From the IMG/VR virus record IMGVR_UViG_3300028802_000012, positions 2,244 through 66,243 of that record: a stretch of 64,000 nt of DNA. One strand, given 5' to 3'. Positions 10,701 through 19,553 of this stretch are shown here, piece after piece (the first letter of the stretch is position 1; every line of letters begins with the position of its first letter). The translations under genes were made by a program, and so were the position numbers. The notes below the pieces were generated by a model. It had not been told where the DNA came from, made no database searches, and saw only the letters and a program-made list of their open reading frames with translations. Origin of the DNA: a virus (Duplodnaviria; Caudoviricetes).

Positions 10701-11523
10701 CGGCGAGCCGATGTCGAAGCTCGCAGGCGGCGCGCTCGGGATCGTAACCGGAGCGGGTCGCGGCATCGCGTCGCAGTCGTTCTTGCAGGGCCTCTCGCAG
10801 GGGATGGAAGTCCTGACGAATCCCAACTTCTCAGCAGGGAACGCGGCTCAGCTCGGAGCCAATCTGGCCTTGACGTACGGCGGCGCGGCCGGGTTGAGCG
10901 CCGGAGTCCCAACTCTGACGGGTATGGCGGGCTTTCTGGCGTCGATCACCGATCGCATGGAACGCGACGCGGGTCGACCGTCGGGGAAAGATGCCGGCGA
11001 GTTCGTCCAGAACGTTGGGGCACGGGTGGCCTCACGGATTCCCGTCGCTCGTTGGAATCTCGATCCGCGCATCGGCGCATACGGTGAGCCCGTGGTCAAT
11101 CAGCGAAGTCTGCAAGCCGCGGGGCCTCTAGCGCTTGATCCGTACTGGCGCGGACCGGCACCAGGCGGAAACGAACGAATCAGTCAGGATCTCGGGGCTC
11201 TTGGCGTAGGTCGTCCTCCGGCACCGGATGCTCTCACGATTCAGGGGTATGACGTTCCACTGACGATTCATGAACAACGTGAATTCGATACGGTCTATGG
11301 GCAAACGTACCGTGAGATCCTCGATGAACTCGAAAAATCTCGCGTCGAGACGACGGAGAAGACGGGTCAACGCCCGGTCTATAGTGCCGATCTGTATCTC
11401 CGCTTGCGAGAGGCGGCAAGAAAAGCAGCGCGGGGGCAGATTCTGGCGACGATTCCGGCTGCTGATCTAGAAGCCCGATTGACGCGGAGTATTGATCAGA
11501 AGCTGGCGGCCCCGAGGAGATAG
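4798..11523 (+). CDS. Giant (2241 aa) internal virion/polyvalent protein with ADP-ribosyltransferase-like domain
   Basis: FYHGT...FGPGYYLTSDPRVAGSYA...GYDGM...IVF motif (ART-like domain of polyvalent proteins). Long helical middle. C-terminal LPFFNVPLN...GAGP...QPFSW region resembles phage ejected-protein C-termini. Confidence 0.7.
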   Translation: MPLPRLPDISLDSWIRDQQQQFERTISGLAEATEFKDAISDIESQVPADYPHPGGTDQWADAQRQQQEEEYRRQQDEDERRKAQQQADENQRQLDAYLNEKMRYEQEQQQQDALTQAQGQAQDLGIPSPDQAAASFQQIQPGDLPQPVQDFHSFADQIEQGQTPEGLQAPPPVKRGVPSPYSLTPPEEPLQAPPPLEEAPPPRRGVPSPYTLSPPPEPERPYWTPTAREAEGMGPAVGPDWLPEPIRQAAGVVKKGLVDAVHAAPQEDISLPTGRQVHVPGFAQQAVGSFSAAMEPVQAVDDYTAARLDPETWYFARDGIARTELDPGEFDRWNELQGSRRLAQGTKTTWTPEETAEIQHTSEKIDRIYQSIKDDPDKLNDYAKASPAYEITRGITHTVLGGALGNVVGGAAGSAARGLGAGHRAIKAAEYAGDIAAQTAFDPTTPAIQPLGDLALRGVGAGIRGTRSLAGRAGEALVRSADDVPEGVQRLGSGVSPEESRRFYHGTAGEFGRPDPGKFDEDGLFGPGYYLTSDPRVAGSYAETRGGRIPVDNPYTTWSKEAIQAGIDRAYKELEDPSLDFGTSRDIMDDLDLLEAARDDLVLPSPRSGPNVRAIDVPKNLNLLDLDKPVTADQAQRVIDATRKAGFPDSADELQAHIDMKREAIRRESTYRQPTSDPNIAYDTGQELHEELAYRLNEDYQTVVDTDLYSDKPGANRLLRDAGYDGMVHTGGKRVPLQDADGKPIEHDVTIVFPESLDKIRNAFSGEAGGSGVIPNLRRPLFNAAQGAFLGASSEELQAREEGRDADPARRLRSAGIGAGLAMLAGSRGARRVAGRALQAVGSGVVPEGAAQAARKVPVEFKTAKGSSYELLPDGTTIRNKAARSDPGHEGDFGIKPQSDATYFLTSENYPKLGLPEGPSRIVDHGDGTLSVATQNANGRWGIAPSSRNVPYETEPAVGLHPLEVWGPQKVNGLPAYKDVHFGNVITEVGGEAEQALARIPSETTMLEPPPRAGEEIASSVAAAENRIPEDLEQGYLPGMRPRTRRPSAAQQAEATVDQMREEVRGRYQDERRRFTEKEIWALAAKLRRTTPEKLQEILEGAQNMRGDEAATAGSALRQEGAALGEETRLVTEDWMRATQDLNDELRRRGIDPADLPARRDALAGKDPILNDLADEVEASVLAQAESMDRFEAWQRGDLKRGSSAALELRMRQKPVSARRAYRQLKANRSFYEDMQNTANELLAKGDQMSEADWEKLTSLQERMGQKVGSGELLDEVSGRRIRDIEREGIANVQAGKKRAGRAPKEAPPETLAERYGRLARRFDEYNAEGDTDAAQAIRSMMGDTVDEMKLQADERAIKILDQELPDAKTPEEGMKIIQKAVGDKVAQKLNKAALAAEDVREGPGGVDLSMKQWRDLQKLQRAFQNRIDRAFKAESNEQVRIALRAQMSRARDMMSRAIDDPTFAPALQEFRDRVAELRQQPGVGKTTGERLAKILEDQFTDRTAEKAFTQSAQDEVGLLQARIRGIRQQLDEAIKNKDAPGAQARVKELLQDMQDVGGVGKVAADRQRERLMRQNLHDIPGIDKSQLRDALATIDLQDPSSIRAVLDAMQNPTKWDLFRERLYQARLSNPWTWLTNFSSNVLTAGGHLGLQNPLERLYGGEAAGGSRAAWEEFKAARGEAGQRAWDVLKSGRSQQNLEQLASGDMGGLRREFTTEQGASEWYHRLSTRPLEAGDQSLGYMVYQSEIGKLAQRQADRLLKAGDARVQGMTPLEARKSIMTDIWDHPEIIEEARKIRDQVLLREHGSQGWERALQHVAAWRDPGLKPGMKDYARAAVMDFVLPFFNVPLNYARQGVQRSLGAPFYAYSGAQKLRAGDRVGAAQDFAKGTIGAAAMTSAAALYYGDALTGAGPDDPGDRAIWLRTHQPFSWKDPLGNWHSYQGTPLAIPFAIVAGAGEGWEKPGSTPIVGGEPMSKLAGGALGIVTGAGRGIASQSFLQGLSQGMEVLTNPNFSAGNAAQLGANLALTYGGAAGLSAGVPTLTGMAGFLASITDRMERDAGRPSGKDAGEFVQNVGARVASRIPVARWNLDPRIGAYGEPVVNQRSLQAAGPLALDPYWRGPAPGGNERISQDLGALGVGRPPAPDALTIQGYDVPLTIHEQREFDTVYGQTYREILDELEKSRVETTEKTGQRPVYSADLYLRLREAARKAARGQILATIPAADLEARLTRSIDQKLAAPRR

Positions 11524-11525
11524 TC

Positions 11526-12905
11526 ATGGCGCGGATGACGCAACAGGAATTCGATCAACTTCTGGCGAGCCATATCCGGGGCGGAGAAGATCTTCGCCAC
11601 TCAAAGGCCTTGCCACCGAAGAAGATTCCGAATCCCGCGCTAGCTAATATGACCCCGGCGCAGGCCATCCTGGCAAAAGAAGCCGGGATGGATACGATCA
11701 TGGTCAGCCCGCAACGTTGGCAGGGCGTGGATACGCTGATCGAGGCGTATCAGAACGACGACGGGTCCTGGGAAGTGCAGCAGGAGTCTCAGGACAAGCC
11801 GACAATCTCTTCAACGTCGTCCGTCGGACCTGCCCAGCGAGCCCTCGCGGAAGCGAAGGCTCAAGCCGAGAAAGATCAACGTGACTGGAACCGGACACAT
11901 GGCCCAGGCACGGTTGATCCAGTCACCGGGGAACCAGGTCGGGGTTCGGGACTGGATGAAACCCATGCTGAGCGGACGAAGCGTGAATTCGAAGCGCAGG
12001 ACCAGGCGGGGCAACAGGAAACACGAGAAGCGGCGCGGCGGGCTGAGTTGCGAGCTATCGACGCCCAACGCCTGCAGGCCGAGCAGCAAGCTGAACAGAA
12101 CCGCCTTGCTCGCGACCGGCTTGATTTTGATAAAGATAAAGATCTCCGCCCACAGCTCGCCGGCACGCCGACCGATACGACCAGAAACATCGGCGTCTGG
12201 GACCCGGCATCTCAGACCTTGCGGTCGGTCGAGAACCCGATGTACGACGCGGCCAAAGTCGAGGCCGCCAGGCTGAAAGACCAGCTGTCGACGGGGATCG
12301 CCCTCAACCAGATCACGGCCCAGCAGGCTGCCCAGCAGTACAAGCAGTGGTGGGATACCAACGTCGAACTGCCCTTCAAGCAGTCAGCGGAAGTCCGCGC
12401 CCGCGCCACCGAACAGCGCGAAGCCCTGGCGGCTGAAGACCGCCGGAAGCAATTCGCCTCGGACTTCAGCCTGCGGCAGAACACTCTGGGGTTCAATGCC
12501 GGGGACGCCGCCGTCAAGAACGAGATCAGTTTGCTGCCGTATCGGGCCGGCCCGACCGAAGCGGCGGAAATGTCCTCGGCCATTACCTCGCTCGGCCAGG
12601 GCGGCAAGATCGCCGGCCCCGACGCCGGAGCGGGGATCAACTTTACGCCCGAAGCCTTTCAGTTCGACCGACCAGACTTTGACAAGATCGCCCAGAAAGC
12701 GACGAAGAACGCCCTGAAAGGGATCACGAAGTACACGCCGGAAGGGAAGTTCTCGCAGGGCGATTACTCGGGGATCTCGATGCCGTCTGGACAGGGCGCC
12801 CCGTCGTCGACGGGCGGCGGCATCGACTTGAGTACGCTCTGGAATCAGTACCTCCAGAACGGCGTTGCGCCCTATCAAGGGCCGGAAGACGATGCCAAGG
12901 GCTAA
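11526..12905 (+). CDS. Probable internal virion protein (coiled-coil rich)
   Basis: 459-aa ORF starting just after the upstream stop; Q/A/E-rich helices. Confidence 0.6.
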   Translation: MARMTQQEFDQLLASHIRGGEDLRHSKALPPKKIPNPALANMTPAQAILAKEAGMDTIMVSPQRWQGVDTLIEAYQNDDGSWEVQQESQDKPTISSTSSVGPAQRALAEAKAQAEKDQRDWNRTHGPGTVDPVTGEPGRGSGLDETHAERTKREFEAQDQAGQQETREAARRAELRAIDAQRLQAEQQAEQNRLARDRLDFDKDKDLRPQLAGTPTDTTRNIGVWDPASQTLRSVENPMYDAAKVEAARLKDQLSTGIALNQITAQQAAQQYKQWWDTNVELPFKQSAEVRARATEQREALAAEDRRKQFASDFSLRQNTLGFNAGDAAVKNEISLLPYRAGPTEAAEMSSAITSLGQGGKIAGPDAGAGINFTPEAFQFDRPDFDKIAQKATKNALKGITKYTPEGKFSQGDYSGISMPSGQGAPSSTGGGIDLSTLWNQYLQNGVAPYQGPEDDAKG

Positions 12906-12963
12906 TCATGCCTGGACGTAGCACACGTGCGAGTACTGTGCTACGCTAAGGCCGGAGTGTCGT

Positions 12964-13911
12964 ATGTCTCTCCCCCCGACCGATCCGCTCAATCCTGCAT
13001 CCGGGAACGGCTCATCTGAGGACCAGCGTGTTCGGGCCGCGAACCTCGCTGCGCCTCCGCCGCCCACCGCCCCGACTTCGGACCCCTCGTCAGAGCAGGC
13101 CCCCGAGGACACCACGGATTGGTTCCGGGCTGCCTTCGCCACCATGCGTGGCCAGCAGTACGGAGCGGCCCCCCGTGAGGATCCCACCGAGGCTCCCCCT
13201 GCTTTCACGAGTACGCCGCCTGAGTCGACCGTGTTCGGTGATAGACCTGCCCCGGGACGTGAGTCGGGTCAGCCTTCGGAGAGAACACCACCGTCGTCTC
13301 AGCGACGACGACAGCAGGCATCGCCCCCACCCCAGGAAGAATTCAATAGGGCTGTCCAATCGGAAGTCGATCGACGGCTCGATAAATTCAACCGGGAAGA
13401 GGCGATTCGGCGGCAGCGCGAACTTGAGGTTCGCCAGCACCAGCAGGAACGCTACCTGCGAGACAACGACCCGCACGAGTACGCTCGCCTGGTTCGTGAG
13501 CGTGAGGTCGAGCAGGCCGAAACCTCCAGGAAGCTCCAGGAGATCCAGAGTTTTGCGACCGAGCAGGTGACGACCTACGATCGGCACGTGCTCGATCCGA
13601 TTTTCAAGGCGCTCCCGGAATCCGATCGGCGCGAGATCCTGTCTCAAATTGAGGCCGGACTCGAAGGCCGAGGCAAAGCTGCCCAGGCTGCCCTGAAGGC
13701 GTTGGAGCGTCAGTACGTCGACAAAGGACGCCAATCGGCCCGCCAGAGTCTGATGCAGGATCCGACCTTTATCAAGGAGATCCTGACCAGGTACGGCGGC
13801 CAGAGTCCCGAGCCGACGTCGATCTCCGCCCTGCCCACGTCGCCCGGCACTGAGAGCGACAACATGAATGACCGGTTACGCGCGGCGGCGGCTGCTTCGC
13901 GCAAGCGGTAG
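12964..13911 (+). CDS. Probable capsid scaffolding protein
   Basis: Immediately upstream of the major capsid gene; disordered N-terminus, coiled coil, basic C-terminal tail. Confidence 0.65.
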   Translation: MSLPPTDPLNPASGNGSSEDQRVRAANLAAPPPPTAPTSDPSSEQAPEDTTDWFRAAFATMRGQQYGAAPREDPTEAPPAFTSTPPESTVFGDRPAPGRESGQPSERTPPSSQRRRQQASPPPQEEFNRAVQSEVDRRLDKFNREEAIRRQRELEVRQHQQERYLRDNDPHEYARLVREREVEQAETSRKLQEIQSFATEQVTTYDRHVLDPIFKALPESDRREILSQIEAGLEGRGKAAQAALKALERQYVDKGRQSARQSLMQDPTFIKEILTRYGGQSPEPTSISALPTSPGTESDNMNDRLRAAAAASRKR

Positions 13912-13929
13912 ACGCAGGGAGCCTCGACC

Positions 13930-14946
13930 ATGAGCTATACCCAGGTCGTCACCCGAGGGACGGGTCCTACCTACTCGTCCACCCCGGGGACCCATCCGCT
14001 GATCCCCGAACAGGTCAGCCAGACGATCATCAAGGCCTCGATTCAGAAGTCGGCCGTCCGTCAGCTGCTGAAGACCCGGACTATGAGCACGGCCCAGCAG
14101 CGCATGCCGGTGCTGGCCACGAAGCCGCAGGCGTATTTCGTCACCGGCGACACCGGCCTCAAGCAGACGACCTCGATGTCCTGGACGAACAAGTTCCTGG
14201 ATGCCGAAGAGCTGGCGGTGATCGTTCCGATCCCCGAGAAGCTCCTGGACGACGTCGGGTACGACCTCTGGGGCGAGATCAAGCCGGAGTTGGAAGAAGC
14301 GCTGGGCATCGCTCTCGATGCGGCGGTCCTGTTCGGCTACAACAAGCCGGCGTCATGGCCTGCCAGCATCGTTGCGGCGGCCATCGCGGCCGGGAATACC
14401 GTCACCCAGACGGTCCAGACGACCACCCACGACGTGGCGGACGACATCAACAACGTGATGGCGGCGGTCGAACTGGACGGCTACGACGTCAACGGGTTCT
14501 TCATTCGGAACTCGATGAAGGCCGAGCTACGCGGCCTGCGCGACAACCAGCACGGGTTCATTTTCAACCCGCCGGCAGATTCGGGTCTGACCAACACGGT
14601 CTACAAGGGCACGATCTACGGCGAGAAGGCCGTCTCGTCGATGTCCGGCATCTTCGAAGATGAAGACCTCGGGACCTACGGTCGCGCGGCCAACTCGGTC
14701 AAGCTGATCGCTGGCGATTGGTCGCAGGGCATCCTGGGGATTCGGCAGGACCTGACCTGGAAGATGCTCGACCAGTCGGTGATCACCGACGGGGATGGCA
14801 ACATCATCTGGAACCTGCCCCAGCAGGATATGGTGGCGCTCCGGGTCGTACAGCGCGTCGCGTTCCAAGTACCGAACCCCCTCAACCGCCTGAACATGGT
14901 AGAAGGAACCCGGTACCCGTTTTCTGTATTGAGAGACATAGCGTAG
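13930..14946 (+). CDS. Major capsid protein (HK97 fold)
   Basis: LIPEQVSQTII...AYFVTG...ELAVIVPIPEKLLDD...ALDAAVLFG...GDWSQ...QQDMVALRV, typical of phage MCPs; strongly biased codon usage. Confidence 0.9.
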   Translation: MSYTQVVTRGTGPTYSSTPGTHPLIPEQVSQTIIKASIQKSAVRQLLKTRTMSTAQQRMPVLATKPQAYFVTGDTGLKQTTSMSWTNKFLDAEELAVIVPIPEKLLDDVGYDLWGEIKPELEEALGIALDAAVLFGYNKPASWPASIVAAAIAAGNTVTQTVQTTTHDVADDINNVMAAVELDGYDVNGFFIRNSMKAELRGLRDNQHGFIFNPPADSGLTNTVYKGTIYGEKAVSSMSGIFEDEDLGTYGRAANSVKLIAGDWSQGILGIRQDLTWKMLDQSVITDGDGNIIWNLPQQDMVALRVVQRVAFQVPNPLNRLNMVEGTRYPFSVLRDIA

Positions 14947-14971
14947 TCGCAAAGATTACACGACAGGCGAT

Positions 14972-14988
14972 GGGGGGCTTCGGCCCCC
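14972..14988 (+). terminator. GC hairpin with cUUCGg loop after the MCP gene
   Basis: GGGGGC-TTCG-GCCCCC; no U-tract, so it may be an attenuator or stabiliser rather than a terminator. Confidence 0.5.
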
Positions 14989-15003
14989 GTCCGAGGAGTT
15001 TCG

Positions 15004-15423
15004 ATGAGCAGTGCAGGACCTTCCGGCATTCGCCAGGAACTGGCGACGGCCGATCATCCCGCGCAGGCGACGCCGGCGACCACAGAAAGCTTTGTCGTCG
15101 GTGAAGTTCAGATGAATGCCACGGTCACCGAAGTGGCCATCATTCCGGCGATCACTCAGGCTGGCGCCGATTCGACCACCCGGACCCTGACCCTCCAGAA
15201 TCGAGGGACCACCGGCGTCGGGACCACGGCGATTGCAACCTTCACCACCGACGTTGCCGGTGGGGGGTTTGTCGCCAACGACGAAAAACTGATGACGCTG
15301 TCGGTCGTCGCGAATGCCACGAACGTCGCGGTCGGCGACGTGCTGGCCGTGGTCGAGACCATCGCGTCCACCGGAGCCACTCATCCCGCGTTGCAGGTCG
15401 TCGTGCGCGGCGTAGCCCGCTAG
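15004..15423 (+). CDS. Probable capsid decoration/cement protein
   Basis: 139-aa beta-rich T/V/A protein directly after MCP; GAGGAG RBS. Confidence 0.55.
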   Translation: MSSAGPSGIRQELATADHPAQATPATTESFVVGEVQMNATVTEVAIIPAITQAGADSTTRTLTLQNRGTTGVGTTAIATFTTDVAGGGFVANDEKLMTLSVVANATNVAVGDVLAVVETIASTGATHPALQVVVRGVAR

Positions 15424-15433
15424 GAGAAGAGAT

Positions 15434-16165
15434 ATGGCCGACGATGTCGCCTACATCCAGATGACGCAGGCTCAGGCCGATGCCAGCTACGGCAAGCTAC
15501 AGCCGGGTCGAATATTGCGGGTCGATCAGGATCGGGCTGATCGCTGGATCACCGCTGGGCTGGCTGAGCCCTCCGACGAGGGTGCCTACCAGCAGCAGCT
15601 GGACGCCCGTGTCGAGACCATCAAAGACCGCGAAGGACGCTTTGCCCAGCTGAACCGCGATGACAAGGCCGCGCTCTGGGACGTCAGCACCCACCGTGAT
15701 GCCCTGACGGCGCCCGAAGCAGGCCTCCGCGCGGCGGTGGAAGCTGGCGTTCCGCTGGTGAACCTGGGCCGACTCAGGACGCCAGAGGGTCTGCCGATCG
15801 ATCCTGATGCGTCAGTCGAAGAGATTCTGGAAGCGCGGCAGAATCTGCATCCGGAACTGCTGGCACCACTGACCAGCCATGAGCGGGCCAGTACCTCCGG
15901 CGGCGGATCGCACTACGATATGCCGATGCCGCTGAACCCAGAACTGCGCCAGCAGGAACGGATCATCCGCCAGAACGAGCGCAACGCGCAGTCCGAGGCC
16001 TACGCCAACGAGCAGGAAGGTCAGGCGGCATCGCAGGACACGACGACCTTGTCGCCGTCGATTCGGCAGCAGGCAGCCGCTCGACGGTCCCAGGCGCAGC
16101 ACTCAGAGAAGCCGGCACCGCCAGCGCCGACTCCTCCATCGGCTCCGACTCCACCCCCGTCGTAA
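15434..16165 (+). CDS. Hypothetical virion-module protein
   Basis: 243-aa ORF with AGGAG RBS. Confidence 0.65.
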   Translation: MADDVAYIQMTQAQADASYGKLQPGRILRVDQDRADRWITAGLAEPSDEGAYQQQLDARVETIKDREGRFAQLNRDDKAALWDVSTHRDALTAPEAGLRAAVEAGVPLVNLGRLRTPEGLPIDPDASVEEILEARQNLHPELLAPLTSHERASTSGGGSHYDMPMPLNPELRQQERIIRQNERNAQSEAYANEQEGQAASQDTTTLSPSIRQQAAARRSQAQHSEKPAPPAPTPPSAPTPPPS

Positions 16166-16182
16166 TCGGGGGCGTGTTTCAC

Positions 16183-16212
16183 GAGGGGCCAGGCTGTCTC
16201 ACCTGGTCCCTC
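16183..16212 (+). terminator. Intergenic hairpin
   Basis: GAGGGGCCAGG-n8-CCTGGTCCCTC. Confidence 0.45.
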
Positions 16213-16235
16213 TCCTGTGGCTCTGTGAGGAAACC

Positions 16236-16970
16236 ATGAGCGTCGGCACGCAGCCCTCCGCACACGGGACGCTGTCCTACCAGCACGAACGGGTCTTCGC
16301 CCATCCCGCGCGACGGGGCTACGTCCGCGACGAGATCAACGGCCACTACCACCATGGTCGCGCCGGCTTGCTCCTGCATACTCAGGCTGTCAGAGCGCCG
16401 CGCCAACAGCAGGTGCTCGCCTGGCTGCGGGATCACGTCGACCATCGACTTCCCCGTGTATGGTACCGGCTTGTACTCGGCCACGATCTGCACATCGCCA
16501 CCTATGCTCGGCTCTTCGTCCAGCACTATCACGCCACGCAGCCCGACCCGTTCACCGGCAAGCGGGGCTGGCTGGAAAACGTCGGACTCGTCTCGGAAGA
16601 CAAAGTCACCACCGCTTTCCGAGACTTCGAGACGGCGCAGCTGGTGGCGGAAAGCTCCCTGTACGGCGACTTCATGTATCACGAAGCTGGGACATCGGCG
16701 ACCGCCGAAGCTAACACCCAGACGGCGCTGATCACCCCATCGGGCGTTGCCAGGGTCGCGGGCACCCAGGTCAACGTCGGGTCCGGCGTCTATCGCAGCG
16801 TCGCGACGATTACGGCAGCAGGTTCGCAAACCTGGCAGGAGCACGGGATCTTCAACGCCCTGACCACCGGAACGATGATGGATCGGAGCCTGATCTCTCC
16901 GACGGTCGCCGTGGTCGCGTCGGACACCGTGACCTTTACGTATGAGATAACCAAAAGTGCGGAGGCCTAG
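16236..16970 (+). CDS. Virion structural protein (tail-associated)
   Basis: C-terminal GTSATAEANTQTAL...EHGIFNALTTGTMMDRS...DTVTFTYEI resembles phage tail-fibre/baseplate-associated domains. Confidence 0.55.
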   Translation: MSVGTQPSAHGTLSYQHERVFAHPARRGYVRDEINGHYHHGRAGLLLHTQAVRAPRQQQVLAWLRDHVDHRLPRVWYRLVLGHDLHIATYARLFVQHYHATQPDPFTGKRGWLENVGLVSEDKVTTAFRDFETAQLVAESSLYGDFMYHEAGTSATAEANTQTALITPSGVARVAGTQVNVGSGVYRSVATITAAGSQTWQEHGIFNALTTGTMMDRSLISPTVAVVASDTVTFTYEITKSAEA

Positions 16971-16975
16971 CCGGT

Positions 16976-17983
16976 ATGGCTGGTAGTTTCCCCACAGGTG
17001 TCACCACCTACACCAATCCTGGTCCTACCGACACGACAGCCACGGTGATCGGTGGGCGCACCCACGATCAGTTGCACGGCGACGTCCAGGACGATCTCGA
17101 ACAGGTCATGACCAAGCTCGGGACCGGGGCCGGAGCAGCGACGGCGAATACCGTCCTGCGTGGAACCGGCGCCGGAACAACGGCCTTCGGTCAGATTCAG
17201 GCTGCCGACCTGGCAGCCGGGGTGGCCTTCGGCAACCCGATGACAACCCAGTACGACCTGATCGCGGGCGGGGCCAGTGGCGTGCCTGGTCGTCTGGCGA
17301 AGGGCGCGAACAATACGGTGCTGGCGGTGGACGCGAGCGGGATCCTGGCCTACCGTATGATCGTCGCCGCCGATATCGGGGCCGGCCAGGTCGTCCAGGG
17401 CAAGCTTGCATCTGACGCCGTCACGACGGCCACTATTGTCGATGGGCATGTGACCACTGCGAAGCTTGCTGATCAAGCCGTCGGCGTCGCAAAGCTCGGG
17501 TTGGGCGCGGTCTGGAATGTCAATGTTCAAGATAACCAGATCGTCGGCTCTCAGAAGCTCTATGACGGGTCCGTGACGACGGACAAACTCGCTGCCAACG
17601 CCGTGACGCAGTCGGTACTCGCTGTTGGATCAACCGGAAATCCGACCCAGGCCTCGGCGACCGACGCCGTCATGCCGCAGATGACCGTCACCCTGACCAC
17701 AGTAGGGGGTCCCGTGCTGGTCATCGCGTCGGCGATGGGCAGCAACAACACCGCTGGCGGTCAAACCTCGTACACCTTCTACATCAACGGAGTAAATTCG
17801 AGCGTTCAGCGCATCTATAACGGCGCCAATGGGAACGAAACGATCAATGTCGTGATGATGCATCTCTTCACGGGACTTGGAGCTGGGACCTATACCTATG
17901 ATCTTCGTTGGCACGTCGATTCCGGGGTAGCTACATCGAGCGGGGTAAGTCGAGAATTGATCGCCATCGAATTCAAGCGCTAG
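16976..17983 (+). CDS. Tail fibre-like protein
   Basis: Repeated VTTAKLAD/AVT motifs and a C-terminal beta domain. Confidence 0.65.
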   Translation: MAGSFPTGVTTYTNPGPTDTTATVIGGRTHDQLHGDVQDDLEQVMTKLGTGAGAATANTVLRGTGAGTTAFGQIQAADLAAGVAFGNPMTTQYDLIAGGASGVPGRLAKGANNTVLAVDASGILAYRMIVAADIGAGQVVQGKLASDAVTTATIVDGHVTTAKLADQAVGVAKLGLGAVWNVNVQDNQIVGSQKLYDGSVTTDKLAANAVTQSVLAVGSTGNPTQASATDAVMPQMTVTLTTVGGPVLVIASAMGSNNTAGGQTSYTFYINGVNSSVQRIYNGANGNETINVVMMHLFTGLGAGTYTYDLRWHVDSGVATSSGVSRELIAIEFKR

Positions 17984-17995
17984 CGAGGGATACGC

Positions 17996-18589
17996 ATGCG
18001 GGTCACGAAGCCGATCGATCTCCAGCTCCTGATCCGTGAGCTTGCCACGGCGTCCGTGACCGTTCCCCTCGGGCTGGGCATGTCCGGGGAATCCCCAGAG
18101 GATCCCGGGGCGCAGGATCTGCATACCTACGGGGCCGACGGGTACCCGGCCGAGTTGCCCCCTGACGCTGTGCCCGTGGTCAACGCCCACGTAGCTCCGC
18201 CGTCTGTCATTGAACATGTTGAAACCAGGACCGTCAGCGCTGTAACCCGGACCACGGACGGGGTGTTCCGAGAGATCTGGCGCCTGTCGACGACCTTCAA
18301 GCACATCTACCGAGCCAGCTTAGAAATGCGCGCCACGGACGCGACCGACGGGACGACCAAAGCCCAGCAGGCCGTCCTGGTCTTCAAGGGGCTGGCAAGT
18401 TCTGTGGTGCAAGTCGGGACGACGACCGTCCTCTGGTCGGCCCCAGACGCGGGGACCACGGCCTGGGCGATTCAGGCCCAGGTGCAGGGCCAGGATCTGG
18501 TGTTCGGGGTTCGCGGGGCTGCTGGGAAGACCATCGACTGGAGTTTGGCTGGCGAGGTGGTGATCTTCGCCCCGGAAGGACTGGCGTAA
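17996..18589 (+). CDS. Hypothetical structural protein
   Basis: 197-aa ORF in the tightly packed structural operon. Confidence 0.6.
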   Translation: MRVTKPIDLQLLIRELATASVTVPLGLGMSGESPEDPGAQDLHTYGADGYPAELPPDAVPVVNAHVAPPSVIEHVETRTVSAVTRTTDGVFREIWRLSTTFKHIYRASLEMRATDATDGTTKAQQAVLVFKGLASSVVQVGTTTVLWSAPDAGTTAWAIQAQVQGQDLVFGVRGAAGKTIDWSLAGEVVIFAPEGLA

Positions 18590-18951
18590 TGGGCAAAGCC
18601 CACGTGCTGACGACGTCGGGTGAGAAGACCCACGTGGTCTATCACATTCCGGTTCCGAGTGGGAATAACGTCGTAGGCATCCCCTGGTCCACTGCACTTG
18701 TCAACAGCGGTCTTGGCGGAACGACAGTGTTGCCCGACGGGAACGGCGATGGCGGCAGTATCTCCGCCGCCGAGAAAGCCAGCATCGAAGCCGGTACCGT
18801 GTATGAAACGGATGCGACGCTCCTGCTCCAGCCGACGATGACGCCGGCCGAAGCGAATGCGTTCATCGATGCGCACTACGACGCGGCCCGTGCTGACGTC
18901 CAAACCGCCATTCCTGCGCAGCTCCGCATGTTCGGCCATACAAGGACCTAG
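18589..18951 (+). CDS. Hypothetical structural protein
   Basis: TAATG stop/start coupling. Confidence 0.6.
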   Translation: MGKAHVLTTSGEKTHVVYHIPVPSGNNVVGIPWSTALVNSGLGGTTVLPDGNGDGGSISAAEKASIEAGTVYETDATLLLQPTMTPAEANAFIDAHYDAARADVQTAIPAQLRMFGHTRT

Positions 18952-18953
18952 CC

Positions 18954-19550
18954 ATGCCGCTGACCAAAACCGATGAGACAACGGTCTACGCCATCGCTTC
19001 GATCGCGTCGAACTCGGTCAGCGTTGGAACGGCCCTGGATGTCTCGACGTATTACGGCTGTCTGCTGCGCATCAAGATGGGGAGAGCCACGGGATCAGCC
19101 TTTACGACGGCGCCCATCTGCCGGATCGAAGGCACGGCCGAGCAAAGCGCGGCCACCGCCAATCAGTGGACGGTGCTGGCGCAGTTCCAGCCAGCGGTCG
19201 GAGCGACGCTGGCGTCGCAGGCCGTCTCTGGAACGGAAGCGGCCGGCCAGACAACCGTCACACTCGCAGCGGCGACAAACTTCGGCTCGGGGGATTACGT
19301 CTTCTTCCACAACACGACCCTGGCCAACAGCGAGTGGTCCCGGGTTGTCTCGATCTCCACGAACGACCTGATTCTGGAAGAAGGGCTCGTCTTCGCCCAG
19401 ACCGGGGCCACGGCCCGAGATCAAGCCGAGCAGTATCTGTGCTCGCTCGATCTGACCGCCCTCAATAAACTGCGGGTGGTCATCGACGGTCGAGCCACGG
19501 GCCAGGCCGTGATCTTTGAGGTCCAGGGCGGCTTCGTCAGCGGGCTCTAA
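18954..19550 (+). CDS. Hypothetical structural protein
   Basis: 198-aa beta-rich ORF in the operon. Confidence 0.6.
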   Translation: MPLTKTDETTVYAIASIASNSVSVGTALDVSTYYGCLLRIKMGRATGSAFTTAPICRIEGTAEQSAATANQWTVLAQFQPAVGATLASQAVSGTEAAGQTTVTLAAATNFGSGDYVFFHNTTLANSEWSRVVSISTNDLILEEGLVFAQTGATARDQAEQYLCSLDLTALNKLRVVIDGRATGQAVIFEVQGGFVSGL

Positions 19551-19553
19551 TCG

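Noticed and set aside
4798-11523. Tape measure protein or virion RNA polymerase
   Set aside because: No flanking tail-assembly chaperone or tube genes and no recognisable RNAP catalytic motifs; better explained as an internal virion/polyvalent protein
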